This document shows, piece after piece, positions 21,508-30,727 of a stretch of 60,494 nt of DNA. Positions within the stretch are counted from its first letter, which is position 1. Every line of letters begins with the position of its first letter. The stretch spans positions 1 through 60,494 of the forward strand of contig CAZWRN010000005.1 in assembly GCA_964636275.1 (NCBI GenBank), in the 5' to 3' direction. The notes under the pieces are model-generated. The model did not search any database, had not been told where the DNA came from, and saw nothing but the letters and a program-made list of their open reading frames with translations. Origin of the DNA: an uncultured Gammaproteobacteria bacterium (GTDB lineage Bacteria; Patescibacteriota; Microgenomatia; Daviesbacterales; UBA10151). Both the position numbers and the translations under genes were made by a program.

Positions 21508-21981
21508 ATGCGAGGAAGAAAAGCAATCAAACGAATAGCTCTGCCAGATCCGATCTATAACAGTCGGGTTTTGACCAAGCTGATAAATAAAATTATGTTG
21601 GATGGTAAAAAAACCATTGCGCAATCTTTGGTTTATAAAGCTATGGCCGAGATTGAAAAATCTGGTAAAAATCCTATGACTGTCTTTGATACAGCCATGG
21701 CTAATATCTCTCCAAAAATGGAAGTTCGACCACGACGAGTTGGTGGTGCTTCTTATCAGGTACCAGTTGAAGTAAGAGGAGATCGAAAAGAATCGTTAGC
21801 AATTCGATGGTTGGTAGACGCTGCTCGAAAAAGAGGTAATGGTCAGTACAAAACATTTGCCGCTAAGCTGGCAGCTGAGATCCAAGATGCAGCAAATGGT
21901 GCAGGAGCTGCTGTACGAAAGAAAGAAGATACATTGAGAATGGCGGAGGCGAATAAAGCTTTTGCCCACTTCAGATGGTAA
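21508..21981 (+). CDS. rpsG: 30S ribosomal protein S7
   Basis: [24 protein letters not shown]. Confidence 0.99.
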   Translation: MRGRKAIKRIALPDPIYNSRVLTKLINKIMLDGKKTIAQSLVYKAMAEIEKSGKNPMTVFDTAMANISPKMEVRPRRVGGASYQVPVEVRGDRKESLAIRWLVDAARKRGNGQYKTFAAKLAAEIQDAANGAGAAVRKKEDTLRMAEANKAFAHFRW

Positions 21982-22049
21982 GCTAGTGGTGCAAAACCTT
22001 TGATTTCTCCTTCGTCGAAATTAAAGCCTTCGCGCATTTCCGCTGGTAA
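21954..22049 (+). other. 68-nt insert with synonymously recoded duplicate of the last 8 rpsG codons
   Basis: TAAAGC direct repeat (21954/22022); KAFAHFRW* encoded twice; antisense arm plus 10-bp hairpin. Confidence 0.88.
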
Positions 22050-22078
22050 ATTTCTTTTACAACTGGATCAAGTATCCT

Positions 22079-22104
22079 AAGCCTCCTTGTGGGGCTTTTT
22101 ATTT
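22079..22104 (+). terminator. Intrinsic terminator after rpsG and its duplicate end
   Basis: AAGCCTC-CTTGT-GGGGCTT followed by a T-rich tract. Confidence 0.7.
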
Positions 22105-22182
22105 GTTCAAACAAGTCAGGTTGGTGTCCGGACATTCCAAGATTTATACTATAAAATGTAAGATATAATTCTGGTTTATAAG

Positions 22183-22211
22183 TTGACTTTTTTTGAAGCA
22201 CAAGGTAAGAT
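22183..22211 (+). promoter_or_regulatory. Promoter of the GreA-N gene
   Basis: TTGACT-N17-TAAGAT. Confidence 0.7.
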
Positions 22212-22276
22212 TTACATTCCTAAACAGGTTACTGAGACCCCGAATAGGGGTTTTTGCTTGTTAGGACAATCTAATT

Positions 22277-22537
22277 ATGACTAAGCCAATTGACGAAAAA
22301 TTACTCCGACAAAAGCTGGAGATGTGGACAAAAAAAGTTAACGATCTAGAAAAAGAATATGAAGTAACCATGGTTGCTCGAGGTGAAGCGGCTCGTGAAG
22401 GTGATTTGCGAGAAAATGCCGCTTATCAGATGTTGACTGAAAAAGGTGAATTCATTTCAGCTCAAATTGGAAACACTAAAAAGATTATTGTCGAATTAAA
22501 ATCCCAGCTAGGTGAAGAGTTGTCCGAAGTCGCTTAG
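22277..22537 (+). CDS. GreA/GreB N-terminal coiled-coil domain protein (no C-terminal domain)
   Basis: ARGEAAREGDLRENAAYQ matches the Gre acidic tip; only 86 aa. Confidence 0.8.
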   Translation: MTKPIDEKLLRQKLEMWTKKVNDLEKEYEVTMVARGEAAREGDLRENAAYQMLTEKGEFISAQIGNTKKIIVELKSQLGEELSEVA

Positions 22538-22553
22538 CTGATATAGTTTGTGA

Positions 22554-22582
22554 TTGACTTGAAGCTAAATTTAGGTTAATAT
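22554..22582 (+). promoter_or_regulatory. fusA promoter
   Basis: TTGACT-N17-TAATAT. Confidence 0.65.
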
Positions 22583-22625
22583 ACCCGTATAAGTCCTCTG
22601 AGGAGGATTTTTTTATAATCAAGAT

Positions 22626-24767
22626 ATGGCATCACAAAATAAAACAAAAAGAGATTTTCCATTAAATCAAATCCGCAATATCGGTATTATTGCGCATATT
22701 GACGCCGGTAAAACAACTACGACTGAACGAATCCTTTTCTACACTGGTCGAACCTACAAAATTGGGGATATTGACGATGGTACAACTACTACTGACTGGA
22801 TGGAGCAAGAAAAAGAACGAGGTATTACTATCGTATCAGCGGCTATCACTACATTTTGGACTCCAAAGAGTGGTCCTTTTAAAGATCAAGAATTTCGAAT
22901 CAATTTGATCGATACTCCAGGTCACGTCGATTTTACTGTTGAAGTAGAGCGATCACTCCGTGTACTTGATGGGGGTGTAATCGTTTTGGATTCAGCTTCA
23001 GGTGTTCAGTCACAGACTGAAACTGTCTGGAGGCAAGCTGATAAATATGGAGTTCCTCTGATTGCTTTTTCCAACAAAATGGACGTTTTGGGTGCTGACT
23101 TTTTAGGAACTATTCAATCTGCTCGTGATCGGCTTGGTGCAAATGCATTAGCTTACAACTTACCAATTGGATCTGAAAATGATTTTAAAGGAATTGTTGA
23201 CCTTTTGACTAAGAAGGCCTTTATTTGGCTGGGGGATGAAACCGGCGCTAAATTTGAGGAACGAGAAATTCCTGAAGATATGGTTTCAGAAGTTGAAAAA
23301 CACCGAGAAAAATTAGTTGAAGAAATTGCTGCAACCGATGAAGGTTTGATGGAAAAATATCTTAATGGGGAAGAGCTTTCGATCGATGAATTAAAAGCAG
23401 CTTTGCGACAAGCAGTAATCTCTAAAAAGATAGTCCCTGTTTTGGCTGGATCTTCTCTACGTAACAAAGGTGTTCAACCGATGCTTGATGCAGTTATGGA
23501 GTTTTTACCTTCTCCACAAGATATTCCAAGTGTAAAAGGTGTTATTCCTGAGACTGGTGAAGAAAGAACGCAAGAAAATACTAAAGATGCACCTTTGGGG
23601 GCTTTAGCCTTTAAAATTCAGATTGATCCACACGTTGGACGACTTACCTATGTTCGTGTTTATTCCGGAACCCTAAAAGCAGGATCAACTATTTATAACT
23701 CGACTAAACAGGTTAAAGAGCGAGTAGGTCGTGTGCTTTTAATGCACGCTAATGAACGGGAAGAGATTGATGAAGCCTACGCAGGAGAAATTGTGGCAGT
23801 GGTTGGTTTGAAAGATACTATCACTGGGGATTCATTGGTAAACGAAGGAAATCCATTAGTTTTGGAATCCATTACTTTTGCTGAGCCGGTGATTTCCCTG
23901 GCTATTGAACCAAAAACCAAATCTGATCAGGAAAAGTTGGCTTTAGCTTTACAACGACTGGCCGAAGAAGATCCAACATTCCGGGTTAAGGCTAACGCCG
24001 AGACCGGTCAAACCATCATTTCTGGAATGGGTGAGTTGCATCTGGAAATTATCGTGGATCGCATGAAGCGAGAGTTTAAAGTGGAAGCAAATATTGGTGA
24101 ACCACAAGTCGCTTATAAAGAGACGATTACCATGCCAGCTCAGGGTGAGGGTAAATACATCCGACAAACTGGTGGTCGAGGTCAATATGGTCACGCTATG
24201 ATTAAAATTGAGCCACTGCCACGAGGGACAGGACGTGAATTCATTTCCGAAGTTGTTGGGGGTAGGATCCCACGTGAATTTATCGCACCTATAGGCAAAG
24301 GTATTGAAGAAAAAGAGGATAGTGGATTGTTGGCTGGTTTCCCTGTTGTTGATGTCAAAGCGACTGTATATGATGGTTCATTCCATGATGTTGATTCTTC
24401 AGAGGTAGCCTTTAAGATCGCGGGAAGTATGGCTTTGGCTGATGCTGCGCAAAGAGCGGGATTGATCCTGCTTGAGCCAATTATGAAGGTTGAGGTTTCA
24501 ACACCTGAAGAGTTTATGGGGGACTTGATCGGTGACCTATCTTCAAAAAGAGCTCAAATTTTGGGGACTGAAAAACACGGAAATTCATCGATTATTAACG
24601 CTTTGGTTCCGTTAGCTGAATTGGGTGGGTATATAACGGCAATTAGATCGATGTCCCAAGGAAGAGCAACCGCTTATATTGAGCCATCTCATTATGAAGA
24701 GGTTCCCGCCAACATTACTCAAAAAGTTGTAGCTGCTTCTGGTTTTACGGGCCGAGTTGAACACTAG
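22626..24767 (+). CDS. fusA: Elongation factor G
   Basis: [31 protein letters not shown]. Confidence 0.99.
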   Translation: MASQNKTKRDFPLNQIRNIGIIAHIDAGKTTTTERILFYTGRTYKIGDIDDGTTTTDWMEQEKERGITIVSAAITTFWTPKSGPFKDQEFRINLIDTPGHVDFTVEVERSLRVLDGGVIVLDSASGVQSQTETVWRQADKYGVPLIAFSNKMDVLGADFLGTIQSARDRLGANALAYNLPIGSENDFKGIVDLLTKKAFIWLGDETGAKFEEREIPEDMVSEVEKHREKLVEEIAATDEGLMEKYLNGEELSIDELKAALRQAVISKKIVPVLAGSSLRNKGVQPMLDAVMEFLPSPQDIPSVKGVIPETGEERTQENTKDAPLGALAFKIQIDPHVGRLTYVRVYSGTLKAGSTIYNSTKQVKERVGRVLLMHANEREEIDEAYAGEIVAVVGLKDTITGDSLVNEGNPLVLESITFAEPVISLAIEPKTKSDQEKLALALQRLAEEDPTFRVKANAETGQTIISGMGELHLEIIVDRMKREFKVEANIGEPQVAYKETITMPAQGEGKYIRQTGGRGQYGHAMIKIEPLPRGTGREFISEVVGGRIPREFIAPIGKGIEEKEDSGLLAGFPVVDVKATVYDGSFHDVDSSEVAFKIAGSMALADAAQRAGLILLEPIMKVEVSTPEEFMGDLIGDLSSKRAQILGTEKHGNSSIINALVPLAELGGYITAIRSMSQGRATAYIEPSHYEEVPANITQKVVAASGFTGRVEH

Positions 24768-24922
24768 TACTATAGTATTTATTTAGATTATCCCCAAAAT
24801 AAGATTTTTAATATTTCTTTTTAAAACCAGTCTATTGCATTTTAATTAAAGCTATAGTATATTTACTAAATCAGCTTGTATTTTGAGCTGTTTTTTCTTC
24901 GGACGTAGCTTAAAATAACCTA

Positions 24923-24951
24923 TTGACAAGCTAAGAAGAATACGGTAAATT
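24923..24951 (+). promoter_or_regulatory. tuf proximal promoter (second candidate TTGCAT-N17-TATATT at 24835-24863)
   Basis: TTGACA-N17-TAAATT. Confidence 0.7.
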
Positions 24952-24978
24952 ATCAGAACCTAACAAGGTAATAAAATT

Positions 24979-26154
24979 ATGGCAACATTTGATAGATCAA
25001 AACCACACGTAAACGTCGGAACCATGGGTCACGTTGATCATGGAAAGACAACATTAACTTCAGCTATCACTAAAGTATTGGCTGATAAAGGAAAAGCAAC
25101 CTTCCGCGCTTATGAAGATATCGACGGTGCGCCTGAAGAAAAGGCTCGCGGTATTACCATCAACATTTCTCACCAAGAATACGAAACAGAAAAAAGACAT
25201 TATGCTCACATTGATATGCCTGGTCACGCTGACTATATCAAGAACATGATTACTGGTGCAGCTCAAACTGACGGTGCTATCTTGGTTGTATCAGCTCCAG
25301 ATGGACCAATGCCTCAGACCCGTGAGCATTTGCTTTTGGCTAAACAGGTTGGTGTACCAGCTATCGTTGTATACCTCAACAAGTGTGACATGGTTGATGA
25401 TGCTGAGCTTTTGGATTTGGTTGAAGAAGAAGTCCGAGATCTTTTGAAGAAATATGAATATGATCCAAATTCTCCTATTATCCGAGGATCAGCCAAAAAA
25501 GCTCTTGAAGGTGATGCAGATGCCGTAAAATCTATCGAAGATTTGATGAACGCTGTTGACGAATGGATTCCAACACCGGCTCGAGAAAAAGATAAACCAT
25601 TCCTGATGGCTGTTGAAGATGTTTTCTCTATTAAAGGCCGAGGAACAGTTGTTACTGGAAGAATTGAAAGAGGCGTTGTTAAAATCAACGAAGAAATTGA
25701 AATCGTTGGAATTAAACCTACTACTAAATCGGTTGTAACTGGTATTGAAATGTTCCACAAACAGCTTGATCAAGGTGAAGCTGGAGACAATGCAGGTGTA
25801 TTGCTTCGAGGTATTGAGAAAGATGATGTAGAAAGAGGACAGGTATTAGCAAAGCCAGGATCTATCACTCCTCACTCTGAATTTGAATCAGAAGTCTACA
25901 TTCTTTCTAAAGAAGAGGGTGGAAGACATACTCCATTCTTTAAAGGATACAGACCACAATTCTATATTCGAACAACAGATGTAACTGGTGAAGTAACTTT
26001 GCCAGAGGGTGTTGAAATGGCTATGCCAGGTGATACAGCTAAGTTTAATGTTAAGCTGATCACCCCAGTGGCTATGGAAGAAGGACTTCGATTTGCTATC
26101 CGCGAAGGTGGAAAAACAGTCGGAGCTGGAGTTATTACCAAAGTTGTAAAATAA
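24979..26154 (+). CDS. tuf: Elongation factor Tu
   Basis: [32 protein letters not shown]. Confidence 0.99.
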   Translation: MATFDRSKPHVNVGTMGHVDHGKTTLTSAITKVLADKGKATFRAYEDIDGAPEEKARGITINISHQEYETEKRHYAHIDMPGHADYIKNMITGAAQTDGAILVVSAPDGPMPQTREHLLLAKQVGVPAIVVYLNKCDMVDDAELLDLVEEEVRDLLKKYEYDPNSPIIRGSAKKALEGDADAVKSIEDLMNAVDEWIPTPAREKDKPFLMAVEDVFSIKGRGTVVTGRIERGVVKINEEIEIVGIKPTTKSVVTGIEMFHKQLDQGEAGDNAGVLLRGIEKDDVERGQVLAKPGSITPHSEFESEVYILSKEEGGRHTPFFKGYRPQFYIRTTDVTGEVTLPEGVEMAMPGDTAKFNVKLITPVAMEEGLRFAIREGGKTVGAGVITKVVK

Positions 26155-26171
26155 ATTTGGTAGTCTTCAAT

Positions 26172-26196
26172 AAGGGGCCCGAAAGGCCCTTTTTTT
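26172..26196 (+). terminator. Intrinsic terminator after tuf
   Basis: GGGCC/GGCCC stem plus T7. Confidence 0.85.
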
Positions 26197-26277
26197 GTGA
26201 ATATAGCAATTTTGTGCCTAAGTGTGTTAGAATACATGCAGTTAAGAAGGCAGCACGTTAAAAGGAAGTGATTTTAT

Positions 26278-26586
26278 ATGGCAAAAGGACGAATTAGAGT
26301 ACGACTTAAATCATACGACTATAGAGTACTAGACGCTACTTGTGAGCAGTTGCTTGATACTGCTTTACGAACAGGTGCTAAAATTGCCGGACCTATCCCA
26401 CTTCCAACTAAAAGATCTACAATAACAGTTCCTAAATCTCCATTTACAGATAAAAACTCACAAGAAACTTTTGAAATAAGAGTTCATAAAAGAATCGTGG
26501 AAATCATTGAACCAACGGATAAGACTATTGATTCTCTCATGCACCTAGAGCTTCCAGCCGGTGTAGACATCGAAGTTAAGATGTAA
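26278..26586 (+). CDS. rpsJ: 30S ribosomal protein S10
   Basis: [29 protein letters not shown]. Confidence 0.99.
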   Translation: MAKGRIRVRLKSYDYRVLDATCEQLLDTALRTGAKIAGPIPLPTKRSTITVPKSPFTDKNSQETFEIRVHKRIVEIIEPTDKTIDSLMHLELPAGVDIEVKM

Positions 26587-26613
26587 TTTTATTTACGAAA
26601 AGAAATTAGTTGC

Positions 26614-26635
26614 AACCACCGAAAGGTGGTTTTTT
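26614..26635 (+). terminator. Intrinsic terminator after rpsJ
   Basis: AACCACC-GAAA-GGTGGTT plus T tract. Confidence 0.85.
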
Positions 26636-26643
26636 ATTGCCTA

Positions 26644-27025
26644 CGTCATTTTGAGGAGCGAAGCGATGTAAGAATCTTAATCAATTATGTCTCTATAAAG
26701 GTCAGTGAGTGAAGGATTAAATTTTTTGATTAGCTGCGCTTTCTTTTTACGAGAATACTTCTTTAACTGTTGTTCCCTTTCGACCATTGAATGAGCTGAA
26801 CCAATGATTTCATAATATAGTAGATCATGACATTTGTATCTTTTCGTAAATCCTTCGAATTGTTCATTTTTGTGTTGCCAAATCTGCCTGCCAAGTTGCT
26901 TGATGATCCAACGCAAAGAACTGTTCTAGTGAAATTGCTAACAATGTAAACTGAATAAATTTTGTTTTTCATGTTTTAATTAGATCATGACGCGTATATA
27001 CTTTGTAAGTTCGCTCATGATGACG
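26644..27025. mobile_element. REP-like (CGTCAT...ATGACG) cassette enclosing a GIY-YIG gene
   Basis: Left arm CGTCATTTTGAGGAGCGAAGCGATGTAAGAATCT; right arm AGATC...CGCTCATGATGACG; terminal 6-bp inverted repeat. Confidence 0.5.
26677..26972 (-). pseudogene. Frameshifted GIY-YIG nuclease (UPF0213/YhbQ-like)
   Basis: YSVYIV..LCVG in one frame joins WQHK..GFTKRY..LLYYE..REQQLK in another; one base missing near 26883. Confidence 0.8.
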
Positions 27026-27085
27026 GTTGAGGGTTTATTATATAAACTAACTTGATGCATGCCGGCCGGCTGATTGCATTGTTAA

Positions 27086-27343
27086 TTAGGCTGCTGCCTG
27101 TTCCTGAAGAAATCCAGTGATTTCACTCATACGAGACTGAAAATTTTGAACTTCTTCTGGAAATAAAACAACTGAATTTCTTTTAGCAGGCTGCCCAGTC
27201 TCAACTAAACGAGATTCAGTTATTTTTAAGTATCGTTTGTTGTTGGAAGCTTCTCTGATGTCAAAGAAATATGTTTTCTTACCGCAGTTTAAAACTGAAG
27301 ATTTAATAGCTTTTTTTGGTTCTGTTTGATCCAATTCACTCAC
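27086..27343 (-). CDS. DUF3276/PUR-like single-stranded nucleic-acid-binding protein
   Basis: KTYFFDIREASNNKRYLKITESR...RNSVVLFPEE. Confidence 0.8.
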   Translation of the reverse strand: MSELDQTEPKKAIKSSVLNCGKKTYFFDIREASNNKRYLKITESRLVETGQPAKRNSVVLFPEEVQNFQSRMSEITGFLQEQAAA

Positions 27344-27622
27344 CCCCTTTCCTTAAATGTCGTTACCCTTGAGTTCTAAAAGTTAAACCTGACCAATCAA
27401 TGCTTACTTGATGAGTTTTCTCGAATTTTATTCTTTGGCTTAACCCTTGAATATGTAACTCGCTTGAAAATTGTAGCGAGTTACATGCATCTGTCAAACT
27501 TGATTTGTAGTTAAATCTGAATATGACAGCTGTAGTGAACTCTCCATTAAAATACCCGAATAAAACCCTACTGTCAAGAGATTAATTTGAATTTGTTTTT
27601 ATGAAGATATATACTGCTCCTG

Positions 27623-28387
27623 ATGGAAATATTTTGGATTGTCTTAGCGGTGTTAGCTATATTCCTATTTTTTTCTTCGGTGCGGATTGTACAAGAGTAT
27701 GAGCGGGCGGTTATTTTCTTTTTAGGCCGATGTACAGGTGTCAGGGGTCCAGGGTTGATTCTTTTAATTCCTATATTGGAGTCGATGCAAAAAGTGACAT
27801 TGAGAACAATCACGATGGATATTCCTGCTCAGAAGATTATTACCAAAGATAATGTTTCGATTGATATCTCTGCTGTGGCTTACTATCACATTATTGATCC
27901 TAAAAAATCTGTGATTGCAATTGAAGATGTTTATGACGCTGCCAATCAAATTAGTCAAACAACGGTTCGTAATGTGGTTGGTCAATTTACACTTGATCAA
28001 TTACTTTCGGATCGGACTAAAGTAAATGAGCAGATTCGGAAGGTGATTGATGTTCATACAGAGCCTTGGGGTATTCAGGTAAGCATTGTTGAAATTAAGG
28101 ATATAGTTTTACCGGAAAATATGCAGAGGGCGATGGCTAAAGAAGCGGAGGCTGAAAGAGAGAGAAGAGCTAAAATCGTGGCTGCTGAAGGTGAATTACA
28201 GGCTGCAGAAAAGCTAGGTTTGGCTGCTGATGTGATGCAGAAACATCCAGTGGCTTTGCAGCTTCGAACTTTGCAAACAATGGCTGAAATATCGGTGGAA
28301 AAGAATTCAACAATTATATTTCCGGCTCAATTTATGACTACGGTCCAAGAAGCTATTAAAATGTTGAAAACTGATTCTATTAAGTAA
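27623..28387 (+). CDS. SPFH/stomatin (band 7) family protein
   Basis: ERAVIFFLGR, TKDNVSI, AMAKEAEAERERRAK, ALQLRTLQT. Confidence 0.93.
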   Translation: MEIFWIVLAVLAIFLFFSSVRIVQEYERAVIFFLGRCTGVRGPGLILLIPILESMQKVTLRTITMDIPAQKIITKDNVSIDISAVAYYHIIDPKKSVIAIEDVYDAANQISQTTVRNVVGQFTLDQLLSDRTKVNEQIRKVIDVHTEPWGIQVSIVEIKDIVLPENMQRAMAKEAEAERERRAKIVAAEGELQAAEKLGLAADVMQKHPVALQLRTLQTMAEISVEKNSTIIFPAQFMTTVQEAIKMLKTDSIK

Positions 28388-28408
28388 TCTCTTTAAAATA
28401 CCTATAGC

Positions 28409-28593
28409 TTGCAATTAGCTTCAATTCTGTGTTAAAATTACGAAAGAACTGAATGATTACGTCAGGATAGTTTTTACAGTTTTAAAAAAATCAGTAAGTT
28501 GTGCGTCCTCCGATGGGATACGACAATTGAAACAGGCACATTTTACTGAGTGAGAGCCCGCAAGGCCTCACTTTTTTTGTTGTTAAAGGCATT
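28409..28593 (+). promoter_or_regulatory. rplC promoter and structured leader with terminator-like hairpin
   Basis: TTGCAA-N18-TAAAAT (extended -10); AGTGAG..GCC/GGC..CTCACT plus T7 at 28549-28578. Confidence 0.6.
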
Positions 28594-29421
28594 ATGATCA
28601 ATACATTAATTGGTATTAAAAAAGATATGACTTCAGGTTATGACCAGCGTGGTAGACGTGTGGGTGTAACTAAAATTTCTGTGCCTTCAAATTTCATTAC
28701 TCAGGTAAAGACTTCTGACAAAGATGGCTACAACGCTGTACAGATTGCGACAGGTAGTAAAAAGAGTGTTCTCAAACCACAACGTGGTCATTTTAAAAAA
28801 GCCGGTGTCGCAGAGACTATGCGTTACATCGCTGAAGTACGAACTGAGGAAGTAGCAGATTTTACAGGAGGCCAGGAGATAAAACCGGCCTCTGTTTTTA
28901 AAGTTGGGGATATTGTCAAAGTTACCGGAGTTAGTAAAGGAAAAGGGTTTCAGGGTGGAGTAAAACGACACGGTTTTCATGGCGGACCAAAAACTCACGG
29001 TCAGTCAGATCGACATCGAGCTCCCGGATCTATTGGTTCTGGTACCACTCCAGGTCGAGTTTATAAAGGTAAAAAGATGGCTGGTCACATGGGTTCTGAG
29101 ACAGCAACTGTTCGTAATCTGGAAGTGATTGCGGTAGATCGAAAAGAAGGTGTTTTAGTTGTTAAGGGTGGTGTTCCAGGACATATTGGTTCAGAGCTTC
29201 GAATTACTAAACTAGGTGTTTTGAAGGGATATACTCCACCACCTGAGCCAGAAGAGGAAGAAGAAACTCCTTCTGATGTTGAACAGATGGCCGGAGTAAC
29301 TGAAGAGCAGGCTCAAGAAGAAGTACCAGCAGCTGAAATCGTAGAAGCCGTTGAGGCTGCAGATACTCCTGCTGAAGAAGTAAAAGCAGAAGATACTTCA
29401 GTCGAAGAGGAGGCTAAATAA
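28594..29421 (+). CDS. rplC: 50S ribosomal protein L3
   Basis: KGKGFQGGVKRHGF, GRVYKGKKMAGHMG; acidic tail. Confidence 0.99.
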   Translation: MINTLIGIKKDMTSGYDQRGRRVGVTKISVPSNFITQVKTSDKDGYNAVQIATGSKKSVLKPQRGHFKKAGVAETMRYIAEVRTEEVADFTGGQEIKPASVFKVGDIVKVTGVSKGKGFQGGVKRHGFHGGPKTHGQSDRHRAPGSIGSGTTPGRVYKGKKMAGHMGSETATVRNLEVIAVDRKEGVLVVKGGVPGHIGSELRITKLGVLKGYTPPPEPEEEEETPSDVEQMAGVTEEQAQEEVPAAEIVEAVEAADTPAEEVKAEDTSVEEEAK

Positions 29422-29426
29422 TAGCT

Positions 29427-30155
29427 ATGGCAACTAAACAAGTAAAGACAGAAAAAGTTGAAGTAAAAGCAGAAGCTCCTAAAGTTGCTGTAAAAACAGC
29501 AAAAACTGCTGGCCTGACAGTTACTACTTATTCTGTTGGTGGTAAAGAAGCTGGCAATTTGGAATTGCCGAAAAGTATTTTTGAAGGTCCAGTAAATAGT
29601 GCATTAATTGCTCAAGCCATGCGAGTGTATATCAATAATGAAAAAGGTCATTATTCAAATACTAAAACTCGAGGTGAGGTAACTGGTTCAACTAGAAAGA
29701 TTTACAAACAAAAAGGGACTGGTAGAGCTAGACATGGAAGTATTATGGCACCAATCTTTGTAGGGGGAGGTATCGCTTTGGGGCCTAAATCTAGAATTAC
29801 CAATATGGAGTTACCAAAAAAGATGAAAAAAGCTGCGCTGGTCGCTGCTTTACGGGAGAAATTGAATACAAATGAGTTGAGTGGGGTTGATTTGGGTAAA
29901 TTGACCGGTAAAACCAAAGAAGTGGGTAATTTCTTAAAGGGAGTTAATAAAAAAACAGCTTTGGTTGTGGTTGATGGATTGAATGAAATGGTTCAAAGAG
30001 CTACCCGAAATGTTCAGGGTTTGTCAGTAATGACTGCTACTGAGATAAATGTTTTTGAAGTTATAAAGCACCAGAGTGTGTTTATGACTCAAGAAGCCGT
30101 TGTAAAGTTGGAAGAAAGAATGGCCGGTAAGAAAGTTGAGGAATCAAAAAAATGA
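29427..30155 (+). CDS. rplD: 50S ribosomal protein L4
   Basis: KQKGTGRARHGS, GGGIALGPK. Confidence 0.98.
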   Translation: MATKQVKTEKVEVKAEAPKVAVKTAKTAGLTVTTYSVGGKEAGNLELPKSIFEGPVNSALIAQAMRVYINNEKGHYSNTKTRGEVTGSTRKIYKQKGTGRARHGSIMAPIFVGGGIALGPKSRITNMELPKKMKKAALVAALREKLNTNELSGVDLGKLTGKTKEVGNFLKGVNKKTALVVVDGLNEMVQRATRNVQGLSVMTATEINVFEVIKHQSVFMTQEAVVKLEERMAGKKVEESKK

Positions 30156-30637
30156 GAGCTGTTATCTTAAAACCTTTAATTAATGAGAAATCAATGACTT
30201 TGGCTAAAACAGATTTTTATACTTTTTTGATCGATCTTTCAGCATCAAAAGATCAGGTGGCGAAAATAGTTCGTGAAAAATTTGGAGTAACTGTGTTATC
30301 AGTTAAAACTGTTACTATTCAACCAAAAACTAAAAACCAGAGAACTCGTCGAGGCACTTATACGACAGCTAAAACAAAAAAAGCGATCGTTCAGGTTGGT
30401 AAAGGTCAGCGAATTGCTTTGTTTGAAGAAGCTACAAAAGAGCCTGAGGAAGAAGTAGAAGTGAGAACTGCAGAGGGTGAGAAAGTAACTGAAGTAAAAG
30501 AGAAAAAAAGTTTACTGAAAGGTACTAAAGTAAAAATTGAAAAAGCTGCGACAGGTAAAGTGGCAGATAAAGCTGAAGTAGCAAAAGAAGAGACTCGGAA
30601 GCAATCGCAGAAACAATCAGAGAAAGGTGGAAAATAA
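30152..30637 (+). CDS. rplW: 50S ribosomal protein L23
   Basis: KPLINEKS, KKAIVQV; long Lys/Glu tail. Confidence 0.96.
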   Translation: MRAVILKPLINEKSMTLAKTDFYTFLIDLSASKDQVAKIVREKFGVTVLSVKTVTIQPKTKNQRTRRGTYTTAKTKKAIVQVGKGQRIALFEEATKEPEEEVEVRTAEGEKVTEVKEKKSLLKGTKVKIEKAATGKVADKAEVAKEETRKQSQKQSEKGGK

Positions 30638-30649
30638 GAGTAAGGTAGT

Positions 30650-30711
30650 GCTTCGACTCGCTACGCTCGCTCAGCATGACAAATTGAATGAAAATTATAT
30701 TCAATTTGTCA
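30650..30711. repeat. REP-like half element plus perfect 13-bp inverted repeat
   Basis: GCTTCGACTCGCTACGCTCGCTCAGCATGAC; TGACAAATTGAAT (30677-89) / ATTCAATTTGTCA (30699-711). Confidence 0.65.
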
Positions 30712-30727
30712 AAAAGCAAAAGATAAT

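Noticed and set aside
20661-22049. Duplicated gene ends as DGR template/variable repeats
   Set aside because: Differences are not confined to adenines in either copy (7/12 or 3/12 at rpoC), are all synonymous, and no reverse transcriptase is in the window.
24739-24830. 9-bp complement CTGGTTTTA/TAAAACCAG across the fusA stop
   Set aside because: AT-rich, 74-nt loop, no direct repeat and no second gene end.
13239-26277. tRNA or rRNA genes in the larger spacers near rpoB, rpsL and tuf
   Set aside because: No cloverleaf, T-loop GTTC motif or rRNA-like sequence was recognised.
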